Positions 28,745 through 37,087 of a DNA stretch of 64,000 bases are shown here, in pieces. The notes beneath the pieces were generated by a model, which was not told the origin of the DNA, ran no database searches, and was given only the letters and a program-made list of their open reading frames with translations. The position numbers were made by a program, and so were the translations under genes. Location of the stretch: positions 24,618 through 88,617 of IMG/VR virus record IMGVR_UViG_3300035157_001159. One strand, 5' to 3'. The DNA comes from a virus. Every line of letters begins with the position of its first letter. Position 1 is the stretch's first letter.

Positions 28745-29069
28745 TGGTACTATTTGTACACCAACTGTTGGTAGGGATTACCATAAAGCAGAACCGTGGA
28801 AAGATAGAATCGAGGTACTAAATAAACTTTACGATGAAGGTCATTATATAATTTACTTTACTGCTAGAGCGATGGGTAGGTTCTCGGAAGAACCACACTC
28901 TATTGCTTCTGTAAAAGCAGAAGGAGTTTTATTTGATCTTACAAGAGATCAATTAGATGAGTGGGGAGTTAAATATCACGAATTAATTATGGGTAAACCA
29001 CATGCTGATTACTTTATAGATGATAAAGGATGGCAATGTGATTCATTCTTTGAGAGTCATGGAGTATAA
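28722..29069 (+). CDS. Small HAD-superfamily phosphatase
   Basis: DIDGT motif I, FTAR motif II, GKP...IDDK motifs III/IV. Confidence 0.85.
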   Translation: MRYCIDIDGTICTPTVGRDYHKAEPWKDRIEVLNKLYDEGHYIIYFTARAMGRFSEEPHSIASVKAEGVLFDLTRDQLDEWGVKYHELIMGKPHADYFIDDKGWQCDSFFESHGV

Positions 29070-29680
29070 TGCCTGATTATTTTTATAAAGATATTAATAA
29101 TATATCTGTACCAGAGTTTCATACAACTTGGTTTAATAATATTCCAAAATTGATTGGAGATGATATATTAGAACGTGTTGAGGAGTATGTTAGTAGAAAA
29201 GATTTAGAACAGGCTGCTACAGTTGGTGGTGAAGGTAGTGATATTAGACGTTCAGAAATATGTTGGTTAGTAGATACGGATTATAGAGATTTAATTACTC
29301 CAGTTTATGATGAGATTTCAAGAATTGTTAGAGATGTTAATGATGATCTTTGGGGATATAATATTCGTGGATGGGAAGGACTTCAATACAGTAAATATGA
29401 TTCAGAATATAAAGGACATTATGATTGGCATATGGATATTTCTCCTAGACAATTAGAAGGATTGCAGAGAAAGGTTTCATTTTCAATAGGTCTTTCTAAA
29501 GATTATTATGAGGGTGGTGAATTTGAATTTATGATAAGTAGAGACACTCAACATAGTTTTAAACTTAGTAGGGGAGATATGTTAGTTTTTCCTTCTTTTT
29601 TACTACATAGAGTAACACCAGTTACTAGTGGTATTAGAAATGCATTAGTTGGTTGGGGATTAGGTACTAATTTTGTATGA
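29069..29680 (+). CDS. 2OG-Fe(II) oxygenase (prolyl-4-hydroxylase-like)
   Basis: HYDWHMD, YEGGEF, FPSFLLHRVTPV, RNALVGW. Confidence 0.85.
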   Translation: MPDYFYKDINNISVPEFHTTWFNNIPKLIGDDILERVEEYVSRKDLEQAATVGGEGSDIRRSEICWLVDTDYRDLITPVYDEISRIVRDVNDDLWGYNIRGWEGLQYSKYDSEYKGHYDWHMDISPRQLEGLQRKVSFSIGLSKDYYEGGEFEFMISRDTQHSFKLSRGDMLVFPSFLLHRVTPVTSGIRNALVGWGLGTNFV

Positions 29681-30033
29681 ATGATGAAGATATAAAATTT
29701 GTTCCCAAGGGTTGGGGTTATGAGAAGTGGATATGTAATACTTCTGAATATTGTGGCAAGCTTTTATTCTTTGCCAAAGGTATGAGATGTTCTTGGCATT
29801 ATCATTTATTAAAAGATGAAACCTTTTACCTACAGTCAGGTAAGATACATCTCTTCTATGGTTTTGATAATGACATTTCATTATCTGATAGTATAGTTTT
29901 AGAACCAGGTGATAAATTTCATATTGAAAGGAAGATGAGACATCAGATGGTTGCTCTTGAAGACTCTGAATTATTTGAGTTTTCTACACAACATTTTGAT
30001 TTGGATTCACATAGAGTCTTCAGGGGAGATTGA
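29677..30033 (+). CDS. Cupin protein (mannose-6-phosphate isomerase-like)
   Basis: VPKGWGYE, CSWHYHLLKDETFY, RHQM, EFST cupin motifs. Confidence 0.8.
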   Translation: MNDEDIKFVPKGWGYEKWICNTSEYCGKLLFFAKGMRCSWHYHLLKDETFYLQSGKIHLFYGFDNDISLSDSIVLEPGDKFHIERKMRHQMVALEDSELFEFSTQHFDLDSHRVFRGD

Positions 30034-30593
30034 TGTTAGATACTTTAACACATAAATGTTATTCATTAATAGATCCTCCAAATATAGAAGAGATATTAAT
30101 GAGTATAGAAAATTCAGAATTAACTGAAGATCAGGAATTTGAATGGACTGATTATTGTTCTGTTAAAACTGAGAGATTGGACTTAATGGATACATTCTTT
30201 CCGTTATTTGGACCTTCATTGGAGATATTTTTTAGTGAATTGGAATTGGATATGAGTAATCTCCGTGTGTATTGTCCTGAAATTTGGAGGAATACTTATA
30301 GTAGAAATTATTTTCAAGAGATTCATGATCATATTCCTTCACATTTATCTGGAGTTCTTTTTTTAACTGATGAACAAGAAGGTGATGGTAGATTTTTCTT
30401 TTATAATGAAGGTTGTACAGAAGTTTCTAGGGAATGGAGAGAGATTGGTTTTGGTTGGGATAGAAAATTTATAAAAGCTGAAAGAGGTAAACTTTTATTA
30501 TTTCCATCGTATATGCTACATGGAGTAGCGGCTCATAAATCAGATAATATTAGAAAGACTGTAGCATTTAATCTAGTATTCAAAACAGATTAA
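30033..30593 (+). CDS. Putative 2OG-Fe(II) oxygenase (HxH type)
   Basis: QEIHDH, LSGVLFL, FPSYMLHGV, RKTVAFN. Confidence 0.82.
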   Translation: MLDTLTHKCYSLIDPPNIEEILMSIENSELTEDQEFEWTDYCSVKTERLDLMDTFFPLFGPSLEIFFSELELDMSNLRVYCPEIWRNTYSRNYFQEIHDHIPSHLSGVLFLTDEQEGDGRFFFYNEGCTEVSREWREIGFGWDRKFIKAERGKLLLFPSYMLHGVAAHKSDNIRKTVAFNLVFKTD

Positions 30594-31398
30594 GATACTG
30601 TGCTATGTTTATAAATTGATAGTCCCATACCTTCTCTGCTATAGTTAGGTATTGATACTTTCCTTTTAGGTGTTCTGGGAATGGAATGTATTCTATTTCT
30701 CCATTATATTTTAATGCTATAAGTTCACCAACAGTTTTGAAACTAACTGGACTACTGGTTCCAAGATCATAGATACCAGATGGTTTATCATTATTAAGAA
30801 CGACTTCTACTATATCTCCAACCCAGATAAAATCTCTTAGGTACTTACCTGATCCTTCAAACAGTTTTAGTTTACCAGTATCTTTTATTTGTTGTGTGAA
30901 TTTATGAACAGGACTTGCTTGATCTCCTTTTTTATCTTCTCCTTCTCCATACACATTAAAGTATCTGAAACTCTGGATAGATGAGAATTTATCTAAGTTG
31001 TCTTGTATGTAATAATCAATCTGTAACTTAGTAATTGCGTAGTAATTTAATGGAGATATTTTATTAGGAGTAGTTGCGAATAAACTCTTTCTAGTATTAC
31101 CATATACTGATGCTGATGAGGCAAACTTAACGTCTATTTGATGCTCTATTGCCCTCTCAAACAGTTCTATAGTGAACCAAACGTTCATCCTATGGAGTTT
31201 ATCTATATCTCTTTCTGTCGTGTCTGAGATCGCTCCTTGGTGTAGTATAAGGGATACTTTATCCCAGTCCTTAAAGTATGCTATCCAATCCCAACAATCA
31301 TGTTCATCAACTGTAACGATTTCTTCATCAGAATGTTCTATCAGATACTTAAGAAAGTTCTGACCAATGAAACCTTTTGAACCTGTTAATATAATCAT
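30580..31398 (-). CDS. hldD: ADP-L-glycero-D-manno-heptose 6-epimerase
   Basis: TGSKGFIG, HQGAISDTT, ASSASVYG, YAITK, RYFNVYG, RDFIWV, LKGKYQ. Confidence 0.85.
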   Translation of the reverse strand: MIILTGSKGFIGQNFLKYLIEHSDEEIVTVDEHDCWDWIAYFKDWDKVSLILHQGAISDTTERDIDKLHRMNVWFTIELFERAIEHQIDVKFASSASVYGNTRKSLFATTPNKISPLNYYAITKLQIDYYIQDNLDKFSSIQSFRYFNVYGEGEDKKGDQASPVHKFTQQIKDTGKLKLFEGSGKYLRDFIWVGDIVEVVLNNDKPSGIYDLGTSSPVSFKTVGELIALKYNGEIEYIPFPEHLKGKYQYLTIAEKVWDYQFINIAQYLNLF

Positions 31399-31400
31399 AG

Positions 31401-31407
31401 ATAAATA
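31401..31407 (+). promoter_or_regulatory. Late promoter-like ATAAATA
   Basis: In the 31-bp divergent gap before ORF 31430. Confidence 0.6.
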
Positions 31408-31429
31408 CTTAAAATTATTGTGTGTTTAA

Positions 31430-32887
31430 ATGGCCTTTGGACTCTTAGGTACTATTATACCACCAACTAAACAAAATACTACTTGGTACACTGGAACTGC
31501 TGATAAATTGACAGTTGGTAAGATATCTGTAACCAGTAAAAATCCTGATAAAGCATTGATTCGTCTTGGATATTTAGATGGTGGTGAGATAAGATACTTT
31601 GAGTATAATAAACTTATTAGGTATCAAGAAACTTATGAAACTCAGGACATACATTTGGGTTCTGGTCAAAGTCTAGTAGTAAGATCTGATAGAACTAATA
31701 TTAATTTTTTATATTATGGGCAAACAGTTAGTGATTATTTAAATCCAATAAAGTCTGGTGTTTTAAATAATATAATTTCAACTAACACAACACCAAAAAC
31801 TATATTCGTTGCTCCTTCTGGGTCTAGAGTGAGTGCTACACTTTCAATGTGTAATTTAGGTTCTGATATTAGTAGAGTTAAGATTGGTATATCTGATGGT
31901 GATCTAGGTTCTTTTGATAGTAGAGAATATATTGAATATAATATAACAATTAAACCAGGACAGACTTATACAAGAACAGATCTTAAATTACAAGAAGGAC
32001 AAACTTTAGTAGGATCATCTGATGATGGATCTAATATAAGTTTTCTCTGTCATGGTAGATTATATTATGCCATAACTGGATTGCCAGATAGTGATGATCT
32101 AATCGTTTTAGGTAATGCTAGAATTAGTGGCAATGTTGGTATTGGTATAACAGCTTCTGAGAATACAAAGTTTCATGTTGATGGAAGTAGTATACTGACT
32201 GGTGATGTTAATATTACTGGTGGTAATTTAGATGTTGCTAAGTCACTAACTGTAAAGGGTGATGATACAAATCTAAATTCTAATAAGGTTAGGATTAAGG
32301 ATTCTAATATAGAACTAGGATATGTTCTTCCTGGTGCTTTTACTGGTGATATAGTAGCTGGCACTAATGTAATCACAAATGTTGGTGATACTTCTGGTAT
32401 TGCCATAGGAATGATTATAACAATACCTAATCCAAATCAAGTTACTATTCCTGCTGATACTAAAGTTACAAATGTTTCTGGTACAACTGTTGAAGTTGAT
32501 AATAATTTCCAAGGAACTGGAAGTGATTCAGTAACTTTTGATACTGCTGGTGCTAGTAATCAAACAGCAAATGATGGTGGAATTACACTTAAGGCTGGTT
32601 CTGATATTGATAAGACTATAAAATGGCAGATAGATAATTCACAATTTAATTTTAGTGAAGGTATAAACATTCCTGCAGGTAAACAGTATACTCTTGATAA
32701 TGTGGCTGTGTTAACTCATGATCAGGTATTAGGGATGGGTATTACTATGCATTATCCAACAACATATAATCCTACTAATATCAGTACCGAACATTTACCA
32801 ACACAAAAGAGTACTGATGATTTAATACATGCTAGACAAAGAGACGTTAGCTTATCAGCATTTTTTGCTGCTGGTATAGATTTTTAA
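31430..32887 (+). CDS. Virion structural protein (two copies of the ORF-20743-like domain plus a fibre-like region)
   Basis: YFEYNK.I and EYIEYNITI repeats; NVGIG; ANDGGITLK. Confidence 0.7.
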   Translation: MAFGLLGTIIPPTKQNTTWYTGTADKLTVGKISVTSKNPDKALIRLGYLDGGEIRYFEYNKLIRYQETYETQDIHLGSGQSLVVRSDRTNINFLYYGQTVSDYLNPIKSGVLNNIISTNTTPKTIFVAPSGSRVSATLSMCNLGSDISRVKIGISDGDLGSFDSREYIEYNITIKPGQTYTRTDLKLQEGQTLVGSSDDGSNISFLCHGRLYYAITGLPDSDDLIVLGNARISGNVGIGITASENTKFHVDGSSILTGDVNITGGNLDVAKSLTVKGDDTNLNSNKVRIKDSNIELGYVLPGAFTGDIVAGTNVITNVGDTSGIAIGMIITIPNPNQVTIPADTKVTNVSGTTVEVDNNFQGTGSDSVTFDTAGASNQTANDGGITLKAGSDIDKTIKWQIDNSQFNFSEGINIPAGKQYTLDNVAVLTHDQVLGMGITMHYPTTYNPTNISTEHLPTQKSTDDLIHARQRDVSLSAFFAAGIDF

Positions 32888-32929
32888 GTTATAATTGCTA
32901 CCTAAATAATTTTTTAAAAACTATAAGAA

Positions 32930-33178
32930 ATGAATTTTACGATTTATTCTAAGAGTGGTTGTCCATACTGTGAAAAAGTAAAACAAGTAATGTCGTTGAC
33001 AAAACTAAGTCATGTGGTGTATAATTTAGAGGATGATTTTACACGAGAGGATTTTTATGCTGAGTTCGGTCAGGGATCAACCTTTCCACAGGTAGTTTGT
33101 GATGACACGGGACAAAGACATAAAATCGGAGGATGTACTGAAACAGTTCAATTTCTTAAGGAAAAGAAAATCGTCTAA
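32930..33178 (+). CDS. nrdC: Glutaredoxin
   Basis: CPYC active site, TFPQV, IGGC. Confidence 0.92.
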   Translation: MNFTIYSKSGCPYCEKVKQVMSLTKLSHVVYNLEDDFTREDFYAEFGQGSTFPQVVCDDTGQRHKIGGCTETVQFLKEKKIV

Positions 33179-33184
33179 GGTAAG

Positions 33185-33192
33185 TATAAATA
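33185..33192 (+). promoter_or_regulatory. T4-type late promoter TATAAATA
   Basis: Exact consensus just after the glutaredoxin stop. Confidence 0.65.
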
Positions 33193-33296
33193 AACCAGAT
33201 TATGATATTAATCGTGGGTTTGAATTCATCTTAACAGGAGGTAAACAGAAAACCAAACCATTACATATTACCACACTCAAAATAGGAGGACGAGAC

Positions 33297-33521
33297 ATGT
33301 TAGCAATAAGTTTAGTATTTGGATCTTTTCTAACGGTATTGTTTCTCATAGTGGGAGCCATTGGTGGTTGGGTTGCTAGAGAATATATGATGAACTATCA
33401 GGAGGTTCCTAGAATACATCCTGAGATGTTTGATGGTAATGGAAACCTAGTTCCAGATGAAATTGTAGCATTCAGATTTGAAAATTATGACAACGACCAA
33501 GAAGAAGACAACGACGACTAG
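33297..33521 (+). CDS. Small membrane-anchored phage protein
   Basis: AGGAGG SD before the ATG at 33297; N-terminal TM helix; HPEMFD.NGN; acidic tail. Confidence 0.75.
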   Translation: MLAISLVFGSFLTVLFLIVGAIGGWVAREYMMNYQEVPRIHPEMFDGNGNLVPDEIVAFRFENYDNDQEEDNDD

Positions 33522-34101
33522 AAAGAAGTCAACAACAGCAACTAAGAAACCAGCAACACCACAAAAGGTTCCTGATTTACCAGTAAATCCTTTTGTATTT
33601 GAGGTTTTAAATGCTGCTTCTAAGATGAGAAGTAAAGCATTAAAAGTAGAAGTTCTTCAAAAATATTCTCATCCATCATTAAAAGCAGTTTTTATATGGA
33701 ACTTTGATGAGTCTGTTATTTCTCTCTTACCTGAAGGTGAGGTTCCTTATGCCAATAATTTAGAAGATGAAACAGCTACAGGAACTCTATCTGAAAAGAT
33801 TGAGGATGCTGTTAGTAAGATGGGTGAATTGAGAACTACCTCTTTAGGGTCTCAGGATCAAGGTAAGGCAAGTATTAGAAAAGAATTTCAGAAGTTTTAT
33901 AACTTTATAAAGGGTGGTAATGATGGATTAAGTGGTATTCGTAGAGAGACCATGTTTATTAATATTCTTACTGGATTACACCCATTGGAAGCAGAGATTT
34001 TAATTTTGATAAAAGATAAAAAATTGACTGATAAGTACAAGATTACAAAGGAAATAGTTTCAGAAGCATATCCAGATATTACTTGGGGTGGTAGATCATG
34101 A
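33487..34101 (+). CDS. Conserved T4-like hypothetical protein
   Basis: LPEGEVPY, RRETMFINIL.GLHP.EAEIL motifs. Confidence 0.8.
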   Translation: MTTTKKKTTTTRKKSTTATKKPATPQKVPDLPVNPFVFEVLNAASKMRSKALKVEVLQKYSHPSLKAVFIWNFDESVISLLPEGEVPYANNLEDETATGTLSEKIEDAVSKMGELRTTSLGSQDQGKASIRKEFQKFYNFIKGGNDGLSGIRRETMFINILTGLHPLEAEILILIKDKKLTDKYKITKEIVSEAYPDITWGGRS

Positions 34102-34481
34102 CAAAACAAGTGGGTGAAGCACAAGCACCAACAAAAGAAGATAAGAAATTGGATCCTAAACCAGAACCTAAGTTTGATCCTTGGTCTAAAGAAGAAAGAG
34201 AATCTTCCAAACAAAAATATTGTTGTGAGATTTTAGTTTCTAATGGTAGTTTAGAAGATGTTAGCATCACTCAAGCACCTAACGATGCTCTTATAGTAAC
34301 ATATACAATTAATCAAAAGACTCATTTGGATTTGACAAGAGGAGCAAGGACAAAAGTTTTTGATATGTATTGGGATAAGTTTAAGAGTGGGTTGAAGAAG
34401 ATAGATTATGGTAATGGTACTATAAGTCCTAAGTTGTGGGGATATCAGTCTACACCTGCTAGAAAGAAAAAAAGAAAGTAA
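34098..34481 (+). CDS. Hypothetical phage protein
   Basis: 127-aa coupled ORF. Confidence 0.75.
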   Translation: MTKQVGEAQAPTKEDKKLDPKPEPKFDPWSKEERESSKQKYCCEILVSNGSLEDVSITQAPNDALIVTYTINQKTHLDLTRGARTKVFDMYWDKFKSGLKKIDYGNGTISPKLWGYQSTPARKKKRK

Positions 34482-34483
34482 TT

Positions 34484-35074
34484 ATGCATTCATTTGATTT
34501 ATTCCCAACTAAGTTGTGGATGGATAAGTTAGATATTGATGAGACAATCATTTTAGACAAATTGACAAAGTGGATTGATAATGGAGGAGCAGTTCTTCAT
34601 GATAATAGATCAATGAGTGCTAAAGGTGATGGTTTTAATTGTGATGAATTATCTGAAGCAATAAAGGAGAACATACCTAGACCTGAAGGGATGGATGTGC
34701 CTGAAACTTATATACATTATTGGGCTAATTTTAATCCACCAGGTGCTTTTAATCATAGGCATCATCATACTGATACTGTTATACTTTTATCGGGTGTATA
34801 TTATCTTAAGGTTCCACCAAATTCTGGACGTATTACATTCTTTGATCCTAGAGGACTTACAATAAATTCAATGGGAGATTCTAGATTCTATAAATTTGAA
34901 CCAGAAGTTTCTATAGATCCACAACCAGGCATGATAGTTTACTTTCCTTCATGGTTAGAGCATGAGGTTGAAACTAATCAAGGTGAAAGTGAAAGAATTT
35001 CAATAGCATTTAATATTGTTAGTAAGTATGAATTGGATAGATATAAGGCAATGGAAGATAGTTTAACGACATGA
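34484..35074 (+). CDS. Putative 2OG-Fe(II) oxygenase (HxH type), tandem copy 1
   Basis: RHHH, LSGVYYLKVP, FFDPR, FPSWLEHEV, RISIAFN. Confidence 0.85.
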   Translation: MHSFDLFPTKLWMDKLDIDETIILDKLTKWIDNGGAVLHDNRSMSAKGDGFNCDELSEAIKENIPRPEGMDVPETYIHYWANFNPPGAFNHRHHHTDTVILLSGVYYLKVPPNSGRITFFDPRGLTINSMGDSRFYKFEPEVSIDPQPGMIVYFPSWLEHEVETNQGESERISIAFNIVSKYELDRYKAMEDSLTT

Positions 35075-35670
35075 CTTGTTTTGAATTGTTTCCAACTAAA
35101 ATATGGGTGGAAGAATTAGACCTTGATACTTCAGTAATATTGGATAAGATTATTGATAATGGACAGCAAAGAAAAGATTTGGTTGGTATTGATGGTTTAT
35201 GTCAAGCATTAAAGGATAAAATATCTAAATGTGAAGATTTAGAATTGCCTGAGATGTATCTTCATTATTGGGTTAATTATAATAAACCAGGTGATTATAA
35301 TTATAGGCATCATCATACTGATAATGCTGTATTTCTTTCTGGTGTTTATTATCTTAAGGTTCCTGAAGATTCTGGTCGTATTATATTTTATGATCCTAGA
35401 GTACGTTCATTGGGTGCGATGTCGGATAATAAGTATTATGTGTATGAACCAGAAGTTAGTGTACAAGCACAGGCAGGTACGGTAGTTTATTTTCCTTCAT
35501 GGTTGGAACATGGGGTTGAGACTAATGAAAGTAATGAGGATAGGGTATCTATAGCGTTTAATCTTATTAATAAGGATGAGTTAGATAGGTATAAAGATAT
35601 GGAGAACTTTTGTTATAAGAATGCGATTGCTACTAGACCTGATGGTAGAGTGGAATATTTTGCCACCTGA
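35071..35670 (+). CDS. Putative 2OG-Fe(II) oxygenase (HxH type), tandem copy 2
   Basis: Same motifs as ORF 34484; clear paralogue. Confidence 0.85.
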   Translation: MTCFELFPTKIWVEELDLDTSVILDKIIDNGQQRKDLVGIDGLCQALKDKISKCEDLELPEMYLHYWVNYNKPGDYNYRHHHTDNAVFLSGVYYLKVPEDSGRIIFYDPRVRSLGAMSDNKYYVYEPEVSVQAQAGTVVYFPSWLEHGVETNESNEDRVSIAFNLINKDELDRYKDMENFCYKNAIATRPDGRVEYFAT

Positions 35671-35694
35671 CCAAAATCGAACTTTTTTTCCCAT

Positions 35695-35725
35695 ATATCC
35701 CGATAAAAAATCGGGGTATTTTTTT
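35695..35725 (+). terminator. Rho-independent terminator
   Basis: ATATCCCGA-A-rich loop-TCGGGGTAT followed by a T tract. Confidence 0.7.
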
Positions 35726-35762
35726 GCTCTGTAGGGTCGATGTAACAAAATTACATATTAAT

Positions 35763-35791
35763 TTGACTAAATAGTTGAAATGTGTTAGTAT
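35763..35791 (+). promoter_or_regulatory. Sigma70-like early promoter
   Basis: TTGACT-N17-TAGTAT, placing the TSS just before the first aptamer. Confidence 0.65.
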
Positions 35792-35799
35792 TAACACAA

Positions 35800-35845
35800 C
35801 GTTCATCTCCCGTATAGGAGACGCAAGTAAGCCGACTCGGAACGG
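35800..35845 (+). ncRNA. Glutamine riboswitch-like aptamer 1 (glnA/Downstream-peptide class)
   Basis: P1 CGTTC/GAACG; P2 TCTCC-cgtata-GGAGA; junction CGCAAGTAAG; upstream of a DUF4278-type gene. Confidence 0.72.
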
Positions 35846-35847
35846 AT

Positions 35848-36039
35848 CGTTCATCTCATGAACATTTTATTCGCTGCTGTTACATCAACCGCATTTACAG
35901 GTCTTTTGACTTGTGAACAAGCGAATGGTATTATCGAAAAGATAAAACCATCTTTTAGCCATAGATCTGAGATTGTGCAAATGATCAAGGATTCTAGTGA
36001 AGAATGTGATTGGGACGCAAAAGCCGACTAAAGGAACGG
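35848..36039 (+). ncRNA. Glutamine riboswitch-like aptamer 2 with a ~150-nt coding insertion in the P2 loop
   Basis: CGTTC-A-TCTCA (35848-58) ... TGGGA-CGCAAAAGCCGACTAAAG-GAACG (36011-38). Confidence 0.65.
35858..36031 (+). CDS. 57-aa peptide nested in aptamer 2 (not in ORF track)
   Basis: MNILFAAVTSTAFTGLLTCEQANGIIEKIKPSFSHRSEIVQMIKDSSEECDWDAKAD*; uninterrupted frame. Confidence 0.65.
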   Translation: MNILFAAVTSTAFTGLLTCEQANGIIEKIKPSFSHRSEIVQMIKDSSEECDWDAKAD

Positions 36040-36071
36040 ATTAAAAACCCTACTACTTTGGAGTAAAGCCA

Positions 36072-36212
36072 ATGGCAAAAGTCACTTACCGTGGAAATTC
36101 TTACGATACCGAAGAGTATCGTGAAATGCTCATAGCAGAGCATAACAAGAACAGAAACTACGATTTAATGTATCGTGGTCTTAAAGTTTCTAAGAAACTT
36201 CATGCTGTTTAG
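36072..36212 (+). CDS. DUF4278-like small protein, 46 aa (not in ORF track)
   Basis: MAKVTYRGNSYDT...LMYRGLKV double YRG motif; GGAG SD at 36060. Confidence 0.8.
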   Translation: MAKVTYRGNSYDTEEYREMLIAEHNKNRNYDLMYRGLKVSKKLHAV

Positions 36213-36235
36213 TTCCACAGAACAAAAAGAAAGAG

Positions 36236-36261
36236 GAAGGGGTTGAACCCCTTCTTTTTTT
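36236..36261 (+). terminator. Rho-independent terminator
   Basis: GAAGGGG-ttgaa-CCCCTTC-TTTTTTT. Confidence 0.8.
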
Positions 36262-36271
36262 ATGTTATAAT
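36243..36271 (+). promoter_or_regulatory. Sigma70-like early promoter overlapping the terminator
   Basis: TTGAAC-N17-TATAAT with extended -10 TG. Confidence 0.7.
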
Positions 36272-36291
36272 ATATTCAAATTAATTTAATT

Positions 36292-36453
36292 ATGGCAAGT
36301 AGAGGAAAACGATTAATTAAGTTGTTGGAGGGATTAGTTGCTCAGGAACATCTTTATACAGATGAAGAATTGAAGTCTATGAAAAGTCAAATAAGGGTAC
36401 TTAAAGAAGAACTTGCTATTATTGACAATAAGTTATCAAAGGGATTTAAATGA
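36292..36453 (+). CDS. 53-aa hypothetical protein (not in ORF track)
   Basis: MASRGKRLIKLLEGLVAQEHLYTDEELKSMKSQIRVLKEELAIIDNKLSKGFK*; ATGA overlap with thyX. Confidence 0.7.
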   Translation: MASRGKRLIKLLEGLVAQEHLYTDEELKSMKSQIRVLKEELAIIDNKLSKGFK

Positions 36454-37085
36454 ACGTTAAATTTGTAAGTATCACTCCCGATGCTGAGAAGATGATGGCG
36501 TATATCGCTAGGGTATCAAATCCATCAAATCAGCAAAATGAGAATTATTCGGGGTTATTAAAGTATTGTATTAAACATAACCATTGGAGTGTATTTGAAC
36601 AATCCTCAATGACTTTGGAGATCGAGACGACGAGGGGACTAGCGGCCCAAATTTTAAGACATAGGAGTTTCACATTTCAGGAGTTTTCTCAGAGATATGC
36701 TGATACAAAACTCTTAGATACTCAAATACCTGTACCAGATCTTCGTAGTCAGGACTTAAAGAATCGTCAGAATAGTAATGATGATATTCCACAGGAGAAA
36801 AAAGAGGAGTATCAGGCACTAATTGCAAGACACTTTGAGGATTCAATGAATCTTTATAATGCTCTGTTAGAAAACGGAGTCGCAAAGGAATGTGCTAGAT
36901 TTGTGCTTCCACTTGCCACTCCAACCCGTCTGTATATGACTGGTTCGTGCCGTTCTTGGATTCACTACATTAATTTGAGATCTGCACACGGTACACAGAA
37001 AGAGCATATGGATGTTGTGGAGAAGGCAAGATCCATATTTGTAGAACAATTTCCTTCCGTTTCCGAAGCACTTGAGTGGGTTTAA
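36450..37085 (+). CDS. thyX: FAD-dependent thymidylate synthase
   Basis: HWSVFE, RHRSFTFQEFSQRY ThyX motif, ECARFVLP. Confidence 0.96.
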   Translation: MNVKFVSITPDAEKMMAYIARVSNPSNQQNENYSGLLKYCIKHNHWSVFEQSSMTLEIETTRGLAAQILRHRSFTFQEFSQRYADTKLLDTQIPVPDLRSQDLKNRQNSNDDIPQEKKEEYQALIARHFEDSMNLYNALLENGVAKECARFVLPLATPTRLYMTGSCRSWIHYINLRSAHGTQKEHMDVVEKARSIFVEQFPSVSEALEWV

Positions 37086-37087
37086 TT

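Noticed and set aside
33099-33296. N-terminal extension of ORF 33099..33521
   Set aside because: Overlaps glutaredoxin; the strong AGGAGG SD favours the ATG at 33297
35741-35755. Canonical NtcA box upstream of the riboswitch
   Set aside because: Spacing is GTA-N7-TAC, not N8; kept only as an unexplained palindrome
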